Of a stretch of 64,000 nucleotides of DNA, positions 27,150 to 39,297 are shown piece after piece. Positions within the stretch are counted from its first letter, which is position 1, and the number at the start of each line of letters is the position of its first letter. The notes under the pieces are model-generated. The model was given only the letters and a program-made list of their open reading frames with translations, ran no database searches and was not told the origin of the DNA. The stretch covers positions 186,001 to 250,000 of the forward strand of contig NIVC01000922.1 in NCBI GenBank assembly GCA_002269645.1. The letters are read 5' to 3'. Made by a program: the position numbers and the translations under genes. The stretch is from Macrostomum lignano. Its lineage: Eukaryota.

Positions 27150-28899
27150 TCAGAGCTCAGCTTTGCCAGACTCGTACTGTCTGCCTTCTCGTTCTACTTG
27201 ATCCAGAACATCCTTAGTTGTAGCGGCAGCTTCGGCCATAGCCGATGGATACAGTCGAGCCAAACACTCTTGAGTCTGCTTTGCAGGTGACAAGCTTTCA
27301 AAATTAGCCGGATAGCCATCTCGAGGAAAATTGCCAGCTTTAGCTAACTCTTCTAGCACAGCACGGTAGTTGCCTCGGTTCATGAGTTGACCAGAGATCG
27401 CTAGAGTCGGTTCCTCATTGAAGGCTTGATGAAACCAGCCGGTGGGTATAATGAGCAGTTCTCCCGGCTGTTGAACAAATTCCAGGCATTTGGCTTGGGC
27501 CAACAGGGGAAATCGATCGGCGGCTTGAGGATCGAAAGCATCCGCATAGCTATTGTACTTTCTCGATCGCAGGGGATATTTTCCGGTGTACACTCCTCTA
27601 GGATAGAGCAGGTGGTCCTGGCCTGGCGGATACAATTTCCAGCGTTTCCGGCCTCGCAGTACAGCGTTGGTTCCAGTCCAGTTGTAGGGGTCGATATGCA
27701 GCTGGGAGCGTGAATAGCGAGTGCCCCAGAGCAGGAAGGCCCACCAGGGTCTGGTGGTCTCCGGATAGAGGCTGAAGAAGTCCTCGCGCAGCGGCGCGCA
27801 GGTGCCCACTTGTGCCAGCAGCTCCGGCCGGGTGGGCAGGAACAGCTCGTCCTGACGTTGGTGTGGTATTTTTTGCAATTAAATTCATTATCTGATATCA
27901 TATTTCCTTTTGAAGTTCAATGTGCAAGATCCAGATAGATTCGCCACAGTTAATCTCAAGATCCCACAGTTGATCTCAAGGAACCCAAAGTTGATTGAAA
28001 GACCCCGCAGTGATCTTAAAAACCCATGGTTGATTTCGAAACTCCACAGTTGATCTAACGATCCTACAGTTGATCTCAAGATCCCAAAATTAAGCCCAAA
28101 ATCCTACAGTTAATCCCAAAACCCACATTTGATCTTATAGATCGTACTAACTCTTCCGATCACTACAGACAAACCCTTATCTGTACGCACTCACCTGCAG
28201 ATAAGTCCATGACGTCGGACTAGACTGATTAAGGTGACTAATAAACATGCCAAACGGCAGGGCCAGTTGCTGGGCATTGTCCAACCGGCCCGACACGGCG
28301 GACATTGTGACCCGAGCTGATCCGTAGCGCGTGTTGAAAAACTCCTCATTCCATAGTTGAGCAGCCGGCCACTCCGGCACGCAGTCGGCAATCAGGACAG
28401 GCCATTTCGCGTCGTAGTCTCGATAGAACTCCTCCAAACTGAGTCCGTTACGTCGTTCGATTCCAGCCGACAGTCTCGCGTCGGTGTCTGCTGGCAGTGT
28501 GGCAGCGTGAACGTACTCCGCCAGACGGTAGGACGCCTCTGATTGGTTCCTAACCGGCAGCATAGCTCGGTGATAGATGGCATTGCAGACGTTAAACAGG
28601 CCGTAGATGGCCGGAATGCAGAATCCGATGAAGAATATCGTATAGGCTTCCCATTTTTTCTCCGGCGGTATTTCAAATCGGCGACGTCGCTTCTTGGCGA
28701 CAGCAGTCGGGTCAGTGGACGAAGTTTTCCGACGCTTTGGTTTATCCTCGCCGCTGTTGGACGTTGGCGGCTGCTTCGGCGGTTTCCGCTTTTTCTCCTC
28801 CTTGCGTCGCTTGCGCCGTTCCTGGCGTTCTTTTTCTTCACGCTCGAGTTCAGCCTCCCGCTTCATCTTGTTGTGCCGGTAGTTGAGCAGCAGTAGCAT
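27150..28899 (-). CDS. JmjC-domain 2-oxoglutarate/Fe(II) oxygenase (JMJD6/JMJD4-like) with a basic N-terminus and one transmembrane helix, about 468 aa
   Basis: Exons 28899(ATG)-28195 and 27851-27150, phase-0 GT-AG intron. JMJD6-like JmjN/JmjC motifs LSLEEFYRDY..PVLI..W, HID...NAVLRGRKRWKLYPP and QQPGELLIIPTGWFHQ give an intact H-x-D...H triad. Hydrophobic stretch YTIFFIGFCIPAIYGLFNVCNAIY. An acceptor AG lies 3 nt before the ATG, so a further 5' exon is possible. Confidence 0.85.
27945..28140. repeat. Degenerate ~20-bp repeat GATCCCACAGTTGATCTCAA in the JmjC gene intron
   Basis: About 9 diverged copies. Confidence 0.75.
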
Positions 28900-29539
28900 T
28901 TCCTGGAATGCTCCACTGGAGTTTGGTTTGGGCCAAAAGCAAAAGCAGAAACAGGAGTATTGTCGCTTTTCAATGTTGCAAATCAATATTTCTTGTCTTG
29001 CCGGTAGAGGAAGCTTTTAGAAGAGCTGGGGTAGAGAGTAGAAGGAAGGGAGTGAGGGATTCAGTGTTGCAAGAGACATTGGTGACGGGGTTAGGGGCAG
29101 CTGAAGGATGGTTAGGCTGGAGAGAAAGAGAGCAGGAGGGTTGAGCTGGGGGTTGGGGAATGAGCATCCCAGAGGAAGACAGTGGGTGTGTACATGTGGC
29201 CCAGCTGTACTCAGGGGAAGGCTTGGTCTATCCTGGATGGTTAGATCTTCCCACTCTCGGGCAGTGTACAAGGCTGGCATAGAGGCAAAGCTAATAAAGC
29301 TCTCGTTCTCTCACAAGCTACTTTATTGCGTGGGTTGAATCTGCATTGCATTTCTTTCAAAGCCATTTTTGTACTACAGCTAGCTGACTTACTTAACTGG
29401 ATTAAAGTCCTATAAGATAAATAAACAATAATCATGTGAGGAACTTTAAATGTAAGTTTCTAGAGATTTCGACAGGGCAAATTTTCAGAAAATATTCATA
29501 AATAAAGTGAAGCAAAAGTTTAAAAAATCGATGAAAGCA

Positions 29540-29690
29540 AGCAAAATCAATGACCACAATAAAGAAATCGATGATCACATTAAAGAAATCGATGACCACA
29601 TTAAAGAAATCGATGACCACATTAAAGAAATCGATGACCACATTTAAGAAACTGAATACCACATTAAGGAAATCAATGTTGAAATTCGTC
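29540..29690. repeat. 21-bp repeat AAAGAAATCGATGACCACATT
   Basis: About 6 copies. Confidence 0.85.
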
Positions 29691-29984
29691 GAAGAAATGA
29701 AAAAGCCTAAATATAAAAGTCTATCATAGATCAGTTCAAAAAGTACTTTACAACTTGGAAGCAAAAAAGTTTCACTCGAATGAGTAAGACACTGATGTGA
29801 AGATTTTATACTCCCAACGAACCCACGCAGCTAAAAAAATAATCAGAAGATTTGCACAGACAAACCTATACGTGGTTGCTATGACAACAGAGAATACACA
29901 TTTCTCTCTATCTTTCTAATTCTAAAACTCCCTAGCCATGCGCTATAGGAATACATTATTGGCACAGTGGACAATAGACTGAGT

Positions 29985-30078
29985 GAGCGAGAGTCATGCA
30001 TGAGTGGGCGAGAGTCATGCATGAGTGGGCGAGAGTCATGCATGAGTGGGCGAGAGTCATGCATGAGTGGGCGAGAGT
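29985..30078. repeat. 21-bp repeat GAGTGGGCGAGAGTCATGCAT
   Basis: About 4.5 copies. Confidence 0.9.
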
Positions 30079-30479
30079 CCCACATAGTTTTCATAACCTT
30101 CTCCCACTACAGAGTTAGAGTTGGATATCAGCTTTCCAGAAAACACTTCTAATCGAACGGCGAATTTTACAGACACGCAGCTCATTTTGAGTCTCTTTTC
30201 TGGTCGTTCTGGGCTGGGGAATCGTCTGTGTTAGAGGGAAATGAACAGGAAATTTGCACGTTGGGAAGAGCTCATTTTGTACAGCAATAGAAACGCCTGG
30301 GTCGTTAAGCTTCCAGGGGAAGAAAGAGCCAAAAAATTGGTTTGAGCGGGGGTGAAAAAGAGGGGAGAGTCGAATATTGAGTCAAGGAGATCCTCGACGC
30401 AAAATCTGGAGCGATCGGATACATTTTTTATGTTAAGAATTTCGAGACCTGAAAATGTGAAAACATCCCGTTTCCCGCC

Positions 30480-30915
30480 CTGCGCAGGGCCCTGCTTGGA
30501 CTCAACCGCAGGGACATCAGGGCGGTGACCATGGCCTCTCGGGTCATGGCTGTTTTGCCATGGGCATCGCCACCTCCAGGGAAAAATCCGTAGTGAGGAA
30601 TGTCCCTTCTGCCTCTCCAGTGTCGAGAATGCGGAGCACTTCATCTGTGAATGCCCCGCCTTTACTCAGGACAGTTTTCAGGCCCGAGAATCTCTGCCAG
30701 CTCGTCCGCTACCTAAGGTCTAGCAGGCGAGCGACCATCCACCTTCTGGACTCTCCGGTGGGGGACCGCGCTGCGGACACCGGCACCATCGGAACTCCCT
30801 GCGCGACACCGCAGCACCAGCTGCCCGTGGTCGCCAGGGGTTAGCGGAATGGGCGGTAACGCCTCCTCGCTGCATCCGGATGCACGGAGCCCCCTGCAGC
30901 TGAGTCAAGTAAGTC
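30480..30915 (+). mobile_element. Degenerate 3' fragment of a non-LTR retrotransposon (R1/Loa/I-like)
   Basis: Frameshifted remnant LRRALLGLNRRDIRAVTMA-(L)SGHGCFA followed by a CCHC finger CPFC-LSSVENAE-H-FICE-C, stop at 30721-30723, a GC-rich 3' UTR and a short AAGTC/AAGT tail. This order is typical of LINE ORF2 C-termini. Confidence 0.7.
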
Positions 30916-31771
30916 AAAATCCTGTTTGATTGAGTTTAAATTGTCTTCAAATGCTAGAGCGACTTGAAACTTGCTGGAAATTTAAGGAAACACGTAAAAT
31001 TAGTTGAATCGCGTTCATCAGCAAATCAAAAAACCCTCAAAAAGTAATTAATTTTGATAGTTGTCGATAGTATAATATTAATTGTAAGCTTTATTAAAAC
31101 AAATAAGTTCCGATTCCACGATTAATCTCATTGATTCGCTAAAACACAGTACGAGCCAGTACAAGACGCAAAAAAATCCTGGATTTCAAAGTTCTCGGCC
31201 CGCCTCTCCTCACGGTTTGGTTTAGTTTGCTCAAACACTGTTTGGGATTAGGTCTCTTCTCATTCTGGTTGGGAACCTTGGCCTCTAGCTTAGCTTTGCA
31301 TAGCAGATTTGAGGGGAGACAGGGAGAAGAAGGGAGAGGAGAGAAGGAGAGAAACACTAGGGAGAAAGAGAAGGAATGCAGAAATAAAACTGGCACTGTA
31401 TTTTCTGACAGGCCATGCTGCGCCAACCCCATGTTGAAGTAGCACGCACGCGCAAGCGCGCATTCTGGAGCTGTAACACGCTCGGGAGAATTCTCTGCGC
31501 TCTCCCTACTCGCACTACTGTGAGCGGCGCTACCCTATTGAGCCTTTTCTTACCCTTATTTTGGGCGTCGCCGCTTTCCTCACTCCACCACTTCCCCTCC
31601 CTACAACTCGTTAAAAATTAATCCCCCCAAGAACCACCCTCCCACAGTCCTTGAGACAATAAATAGATAAGCTAGAATAGCGGCGGTCAGAAGGCTCAAG
31701 AGGAGCAGCTTTAGTCTGGGGGTTGCAGCCGCTTAGACCGCTGAGTTTGGAACCCCGTGCATAATTCAGCA

Positions 31772-34700
31772 ATGCCCGGCCGAGACCAGTGGCCCGAGTT
31801 CTACGGTTTCGCGATCTGGGGCGGCGGCCCGGCCTACGTGATCTCAGTTGAGAAGGGCAGCATTGCAGATGAAGCCGGATTGCTGCCTGGCGATCAGCTA
31901 CTCGAGCTCGACGGAGACGATGTGTCCGGCTGCTCAGCCGAGGAGATCAAGCTGGCCGCTCGGCGTCGCCGCCTGCCCGGAGCTCCCACGGTTGGCGTGG
32001 TGTCCCGGATCCAGACTATGGAGATACCGTTCAACCGCCGACTGGGATACGGGTTCGCCATGCACGGCAGCAGGCCCATTGTGGTCAGCTCGGTGAATCC
32101 CTATGGGCCGTCTTACCAGGCCGGACTGAGAGAGGGTGAGCGGCGGTTTCATTTGCTGAAGGGAGGCTGCTGACTGTGACAGCATTGGGCGTAGCGCTCT
32201 CGGCGACATGGTGGCATAACGTGGGCTGATCGAGGCAATTCTGGGTGGATGTGAATCGTGCAAACTCCCCAAATTAATGTGCCCGAATCGAGCCAAAGTT
32301 CGTAGCGGTATCACAATTAAACTATACTGCATTCTGAATCTTACATGTACAATATGTACAATAGGATTTTAGGATCAATTCAAAATAATACTCATCTGGC
32401 CGCTTATATTGATAAATCCCAGGCGATGTTGTCCTTCAAATAAACGGCTACCACGTGACTTCACCGGACGTGGTGGAAACCATCTTGGCCAAAGCAGAGA
32501 AGATCGTGCTTGGCATTCTGGTGACGGCTAAAGGCGATGGCAGCGTAATTAGCAGCTCCGCGCATCACGGCAGACGATCTAGGGACAACAAAGCCAAGGA
32601 GCTCTTCACTAAGGTCAGCTGATTGACTATGAAATGTAGCTTGTACATTCAGGCATGTACATTTCAAGACATAGGATCTTAGACCCTTATCAAGTCGAAT
32701 TAAGTTAAATCAAGAGAATACTAATAGCTATTGAATCGATGCTATAGGTCAAAGTACAGACTCAAATGTACAATACGGATACATGTACAGGGATTGACTT
32801 AAATGGTGACAAAGGTAGTAGTTGAGTAACAGGTGAGATTGGAGTTACTCAGGATGGTACCGGGAGACTTGGATGAAAGTACAGTTATAGAGGGAGTTAT
32901 TGGTGCGACAGAAATCCGGATAAAGTGACAATCAAACTCAACTGAGCTTCAAGCGACCAATATGAATTTTCTAATCGATTAAAATTGGCTTGAATAAAAT
33001 TCCAACCAACAGTTAAACGGAATCCTGGGCGGCGATCAAGACAAGAAGATGTACGTGGTCGGCTTGATGAAGCAGTACGCCGAGGACCGGAATGTGCACA
33101 AATTTGCTGGCACTCTGCAGTCGTTGTTGTCCGCTCCGGAACATCGACCGATTGTGCAAGAGATTCGTGCGTTCGTGCCCGACAGGCATCTGCCGGTGTA
33201 CGACAAGATGCTCAGCCAGGATCCTCTGATGCGGGCGAGCACTGGCTCGATGGAATCGCTCAAGTCTACGCTGAAGTCGGCCTATCAGCCAACTTTGATG
33301 TCCGAGATCCCTATTCACTTTGATCCTGCCGACAGACGGTAATACGCCTGTCTGTTAGCCAGTGTCTTAGCCAGTGTCTTAGCCAGTGTTTTAGCCAGTA
33401 TCTTAGCCAGTATCTTAGCCAGTGTCTTAGCCAGTGTCTTAGTCAGTGTCTTAGCCAATGTGTTAGCGAGTGTCTTAGCCAGTGTCTTAGCCAATGTGTT
33501 AGCCAGTATCTTAGCCAGTATCCTAGCCAGTATCTTAGCCAGTGTCTTAGCCAGTGTCTTAGCCAGTGTCTTAGCCAGTGTGTTAGCCAGTGTCTTAGCC
33601 AGTGTCTTAGCCAGTGTCTTAGCCAGTATCTTAGCCAGTATCTTAGCCATTGTCTTAGCCAGTGTCTTAGCCAGTGTTTTAGCCAGTGTCTTAGTCAATG
33701 TGTTAGCGATTGTCTTTGCCAGTGTCTTATATATATATATAGCCAGTATCTTAGCCAGTGTCTTAGCCAATGTGTTAGCCAGTATCTTAGCCAGTATCTT
33801 AGCCAGTGTCTTAGCCAGTGTCTTAGCCAGTGTCTTAGCCAGTGTTTTAGCCAGTATCTTAGCCAGTATCTTAGCCATTGTCTTAGCGATTGTCTTAGCC
33901 AGTGTCTTATATATATCTTATATATATCTTATACTGGTATCATGAAGTAGAGGGATGTTCCATAAGTACTTATACTTTTGCATGCTGCTCAGGAACTACG
34001 CAACCAATCATTGTAAGTTTTATGTCGCTGGAAAGCGGCTTTACTCATCTTTAATCTGTCGCCAAAATCATTTCGTTCTGTCAACTATGTCAAAAGTTAC
34101 AACAAAAAACGTAGTCAAAGGTCACCCATAGACTTACAAGAAATTTTCAAAATCAAAACTTCAAAGTTCAGCACGCAGAGTTATTTCGGATTCTACATAA
34201 TGCATTCTTTTTTGCTTCATAAGCGAATGCCGCACCGTTTTCGTCTATGGAAAATACTGGCCTAAGCTTTCACAGCATCTTAATCTTAAGATCACAGCAT
34301 CTTAATCTTGTAAAGTTTCACCACCTTGGCTGCTGCTGCATCACCATGGATGTGAACTCAAGGGAAGGACAGCGCGCTGAAATTTTTACCCTCTGGAAAC
34401 TCGGAAAAAAGCGATCAGAGATTTATGCGGATTTATGCAACATTCATGGAGCTAATGCGGTGAGCAGGATGACCGTCTACAACTGGGTTGAGCAGTTCGA
34501 AGCAGGAAGGACCAATGTTGCTGATTTGCCGAGGTCGGGCCGCCCCTGCACATCAGGCTCTGATGCTCTCACCGATCGAATTCTTGATCTGCTGGACGAA
34601 GATTGTCGGCTAACGATTCGACAGATTGCAGATAGACTGGACACGCCGAGCACAACTGTGCATCGCTGCTTGTCGCGCATGGACTTTGTCAAGCTGACTG

Positions 34701-37700
34701 CTCGTTGGGTGCCACGCCTACTCACCTCGGACTTGAGACTGCAGAGGCAGCAGATTTGTCAGGCCAATATTCGGATGATGGAAGAATACGGTGGTTGGGA
34801 TCTCTTCCATCGAATGATAGTCACTGGAGATGAAACCTGGATTCCCCATTTTGATCCACCAACGAAACGTGATTCCCAGGTCTGGATGCTGAAGGGCTCT
34901 GATCCTCCGGTAAAAGCTCAAAGGGACGCACATGGAAAGAAGATCATGCTGTCTCTGTTTTTCGACTGCAATGGTCCTCTAACTGTCGAGTTTTTGGAGC
35001 CAAACACTACAATAAACTCTGAGCGCTACGTTGAAACGCTAACAAAGCTGCATCATGACATCCAGAACAAGCGTCGTGAAAATCCCAGACCTTTCATTCT
35101 TCATCATGACAATGCAAGGCCTCATACAGCACAAAAGACAGTTGAGGCAATCAGCAAGCTGAAGCTCCATCTTCTACCTCACCCTCCTTACTCTCCAGAC
35201 CTGGCACCAGCAGACTTTGCTTTATTTCCAGAGTTGAAGCGCCATCTGAAAGGACGCGTGTACGAGACCAGGAACCAGATCGAGGAGGAAGTCCGCAGAA
35301 TTCTGCTGTATGTCATCCCCCGACAGCTGTACGCAGAAGCCATCAAAAGCATTTTTAACAGGTGGACCAAGTGCATCAACTCCGGTGGAAACTACGTTGA
35401 GAAGGTGTCGGTACCGACTGAGGATGAGTGACAAAGAAGTCAAACTTTCTGTCATCAACAACGCGCCTCTGTTTTCATGCTTGCCATTGTAGTTGTTTCT
35501 CTTTAAATTTCTTGTAAGTCTATGGGTGACCTTTGACTACGTTTTTTGTTGTAACTTTTGACATAGTTGACAGAACGAAATGATTTTGGCGACAGATTAA
35601 AGATGAGTAAAGCCGCTTTCCAGCGACATAAAACTTACAATGATTGGTTGCGTAGTTCCTGAGCAGCATGCAAAAGTATAAGTACTTATGGAACATCCCT
35701 CCACGGCTGGCCTATCGTATATATAGGCCAGTGTCTTAGCCAGTGTCTTAGCCAGTGTCTTAGCCAATGTGTTAGCCAGTATCTTAGCCAGTATCATAGC
35801 CAGTGTCTTAGCCAATGTGTTAGTGATTGTCTTAGCCAGTGTCTTATATATATACATAGCCAGTATCTTAGTCAGTATCTTAGCCAGTATCTTAGCCAGT
35901 GCTAAGACACTCGCTAATGTGTTAGCGAGTGTCTTAGCCAGTATCTTAGCCATTGTCTTAGCCAGTGTCTTAGCCAGTGTTTTACCCAGTATCTTAGCCA
36001 GTATCTTAGCCATTGTCTTAGCCACTGTCTTAGCCAGTGTCTTAGCCAATGTGTTAGCGATTGTCTTAGCCAGTGTCTTATATATATATAGCCAGTGTCT
36101 TAGCCAGTGTCTTAGCCAATGTGTTAGCCAGTATCTCAGCCAGTATCCTAGCCAGTATCTTAGCCAGTGTCTTAGCCAGTGTCTTAGCCAATGTGTTAGC
36201 CAGTATCTTAGCCAGTATCCTAGCTAGTATCTTAGCCAGTGTCTTAGCCAGTGTCTTAGCCAGTGTCTTAGCCAGTGTGTTAGCCAGTGTCTTAGCCAGT
36301 GTCTTAGCCAGTATCTTAGCCAGTATCTTAGCCATTGTCTTAGCCAGTGTCTTAGCCAGTGTCTTAGCCAGTATCTTAGCCAGTATCTTAGCCATTGTCT
36401 TTGCCAGTGTCTTATATATATATCTTAGCCAGTATCTTAGCCAGTGTCTTAGCCAGTATCTTAGCCAGTATCTTAGCCATTGTCTTTGCCAGTGTCTTAT
36501 ATATATATATCTTAGCCAGTATCTTAGCCAGTGTCTTAGCCAATGTGTTAGCCAGTATCTTAGTCAGTATCTTAGCCAGTATCTTAGCCAGTGTCTTAGC
36601 AAATGTGTTAGCGAGTGTCTTAGCCAGTATCTTAGCCATTGTCTTAGCCACTGTCTTAGCCAGTGTCTTAGCCAATGTGTTAGCGATTGTCTTAGCCAGT
36701 GTCTTATATATATATATATATATATATAGCCAGTGTCTTAGCCAGTGTCTTAGCCAATGTGTTAGCCAATGTGTTAGCCAGTATCTTAGCCAGTATCCTA
36801 GCCAGTATCTTAGCCAGTGTCTTAGCCATTGTCTTAGCCAGTGTCTTAGCCAGTGTGTTAGCCAGTGTCTTAGCCAGTGTCTTAGCCAGTGTCTTAGCCA
36901 GTATCTTAGCCAGTGTCTTAGCCAATGTGTTAGCCAGTATCTTAGCCAGTGTCTTAGCCAATGTGTTAGCCAGTATCTTAGCCAGTATCCTAGCTAGTAT
37001 CTTAGCCAGTGTCTTAGCCAGTGTCTTAGCCAGTGTCTTAGCCAGTGTCTTAGCCAGTGTCTTAGCCAGTGTCTTAGCCAGTATCTTAGCCAGTGTCTTA
37101 GCCAATGTGTTAGCCAGTATCTTAGCCAGTGTCTTAGCCAATGTGTTAGCCAGTATCTTAGCCAGTATCCTAGCTAGTATCTTAGCCAGTGTCTTAGCCA
37201 GTGTCTTAGCCAGTGTCTTAGCCAGTGTCTTAGCCAGTGTCTTAGCCAGTGTCTTAGCCAGTGTCTTAGCCAGTTTTTTAGCCAGTATCTTAATTCAATG
37301 TCTTAGACTTATCTTCTAACCTGGGCGTGTCTTAGCGTCTTTTTTAGCTTGTGGCTTAGTGGGCCTGTTCTCAGCGTTAAAGTTGCAGATAAAAACTTAT
37401 GTCCATTGTCCATAGCAATGTCTTTTCCGGTTTTCTTTGGTTGGTCTTTGCGAGTATTTCGTGACCCGAGCATGCTTATCTGTCTATCTGTTCGAGCACC
37501 TCTGAGCCCAGCATGAGCACGCCTCAATCCCTTTGCAGCACCATCACGATCGACCGCAGCCAGAGCGGCAGTTTTGGCTTCATCCTACGCGGCAATCGTC
37601 CGGTATTCGTGGAATCCGTCGAGCACAACGGCTGCGCCGCCCGTTCGGGACTGCAGCCGGGCGACTGTATACTGAGGCTCAACGGACTGGATGTGTCTCA

Positions 37701-39265
37701 GTGTGGCCACAACCACCTGGTGGAGCTGCTGCAGAACAGCGGCTCCAAGCCGACGCTAGAAGTTTGCCAAACTGCTGAACTGGCTGCAGGTTCGTGCTTC
37801 ATGAGTCCGGGATCAGTGGTGTTGAAGAGATTCGGCAAGTAGATTGAATGATCTAGAACTAAACTGAAATGGAAGCGAACGAGGGAGCTAATAGATGGAA
37901 GGGACTGAACGATCGATAATCAACGAATTGTTTGTTCACTTGATTTTTTGTTTCATTGATTGGTTGATTAATCGATCGATTGGTTTATTAATTAATTATT
38001 GTTCGATTGATTAACACCCTCAGCCGCGGCCAGTCCCCAGTCGAACGGCCACTCGCATCAACCGCGCCACCAGAAGGAGCCCTCCTTCTCCAGCATGGAC
38101 TTCCACCTGGGCCCGGACGAGTCGCCAACCTCCGGGCACTCCCTCGGCTACGACGAAAGTGGCAAGTCGTTCAAAGAACGAGTCGACGAATTGCTAACTA
38201 AAACCGAGAAAGTGAAGCTCAAGGATGCATTGGAGGTCTATAGAAAGTCTAAGTGAGTTCCAAAATATCCGAGGAATTCCTGCAATTCACACGTGTACTA
38301 TCTGATAGTAAAATTGTTTCATCGTAGGCATCCTTAGTGTGGAATGCCATGAATATGCCTACAAACTGTTTGTTAGACTATGAAGGTAATTCCGATTGAC
38401 CTATAGTAGCTTAAAGTCAGGTTTTCACTCAATAAATAGTAGCCATTCGTAAAGGTTTTTTATTGTGTATCCTGCATTGCAGCCAGATGACGACGTTATC
38501 TTACTAATCTTAGAGCCTTATAATCGATTGTGTGCGAAGGCTGTGGGGGATCAGTGGAAGCAGCCTTTTTATTGATGGAAACGTTTGATACGAGCTAAAC
38601 TTGACTGACTGACTTCACTGCTGCGGTGCAGTGCAGAAGTGCAGAATATGGGACTAAGAAATATTTCTGTAAGGTTCCTACCCGTGGCGTTCTGTGTTTG
38701 TGTTTGTACCGGATACTCGTCCATAGCTCTCAGCTTCCAGGAAAGGATTGTGTGTTATTCTTGGAATCTAAATGTCTGTTTGACCTTTGCTGGCAAAGTT
38801 AACTTACTGATTTTGTATCAGTAAGAAACTGATTCGTACCGAGACGTTATCATAGTTTGAGAGCGTATCCGTTTTACCGTTACGTACTGATGTATTGGTC
38901 ATGAGAAACTACGCTATTCTTTAATTAAGCTTGTAGTAACATCACTAGTTCAATAAAGTTTTAAACGGCAATTTTACGCTCAATTTACCCTATGTAGAGA
39001 CATCGAGCGCTTTGCGGTTGATCTCAGTCGACTCTTTGACACGCCGAGCAAGCAGAGTCTGTGGCCCTATCTGCTGCCCAAACTGCCTAGAGAGCATCGC
39101 AATTTCTGCGCTCAGCACGCTCCAATGTCCCAGATGAGCTCGGCTCAGCTCAAACAGCTGGCATCACCTGATCGACAGCTGCCCAGAGCTCATTCGACAC
39201 CGTCACTGCAGCAAAGAGCACAACAGCAGCAGCAGCAACAGCAACCCAAAGAACAACAACAACAG

Positions 39266-39297
<32 letters not shown>

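Larger units (their letters stand above)
33934..35717 (+). mobile_element. Mariner (DD34D) DNA transposon with long inverted repeats, in Delphilin intron 3
   Basis: Perfect 197-bp inverted repeats at 33950-34146 and 35505-35701 enclose an intact transposase ORF. TA dinucleotides at 33932-33933 and 35718-35719 each lie 16 bp outside the repeats. Both flanks are the same 12-bp satellite. Confidence 0.93.

Noticed and set aside
29241-29435. Short minus-strand ORF as first exon of the JmjC gene
   Set aside because: The only donor I noticed (GTGGG) is phase 1, whereas the 28902 acceptor needs phase 0; no recognisable motif.
34247-34345. 33-aa N-terminal extension of the transposase in the ORF track
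   Set aside because: ATG 34346 has the better context and gives a normal mariner transposase length.
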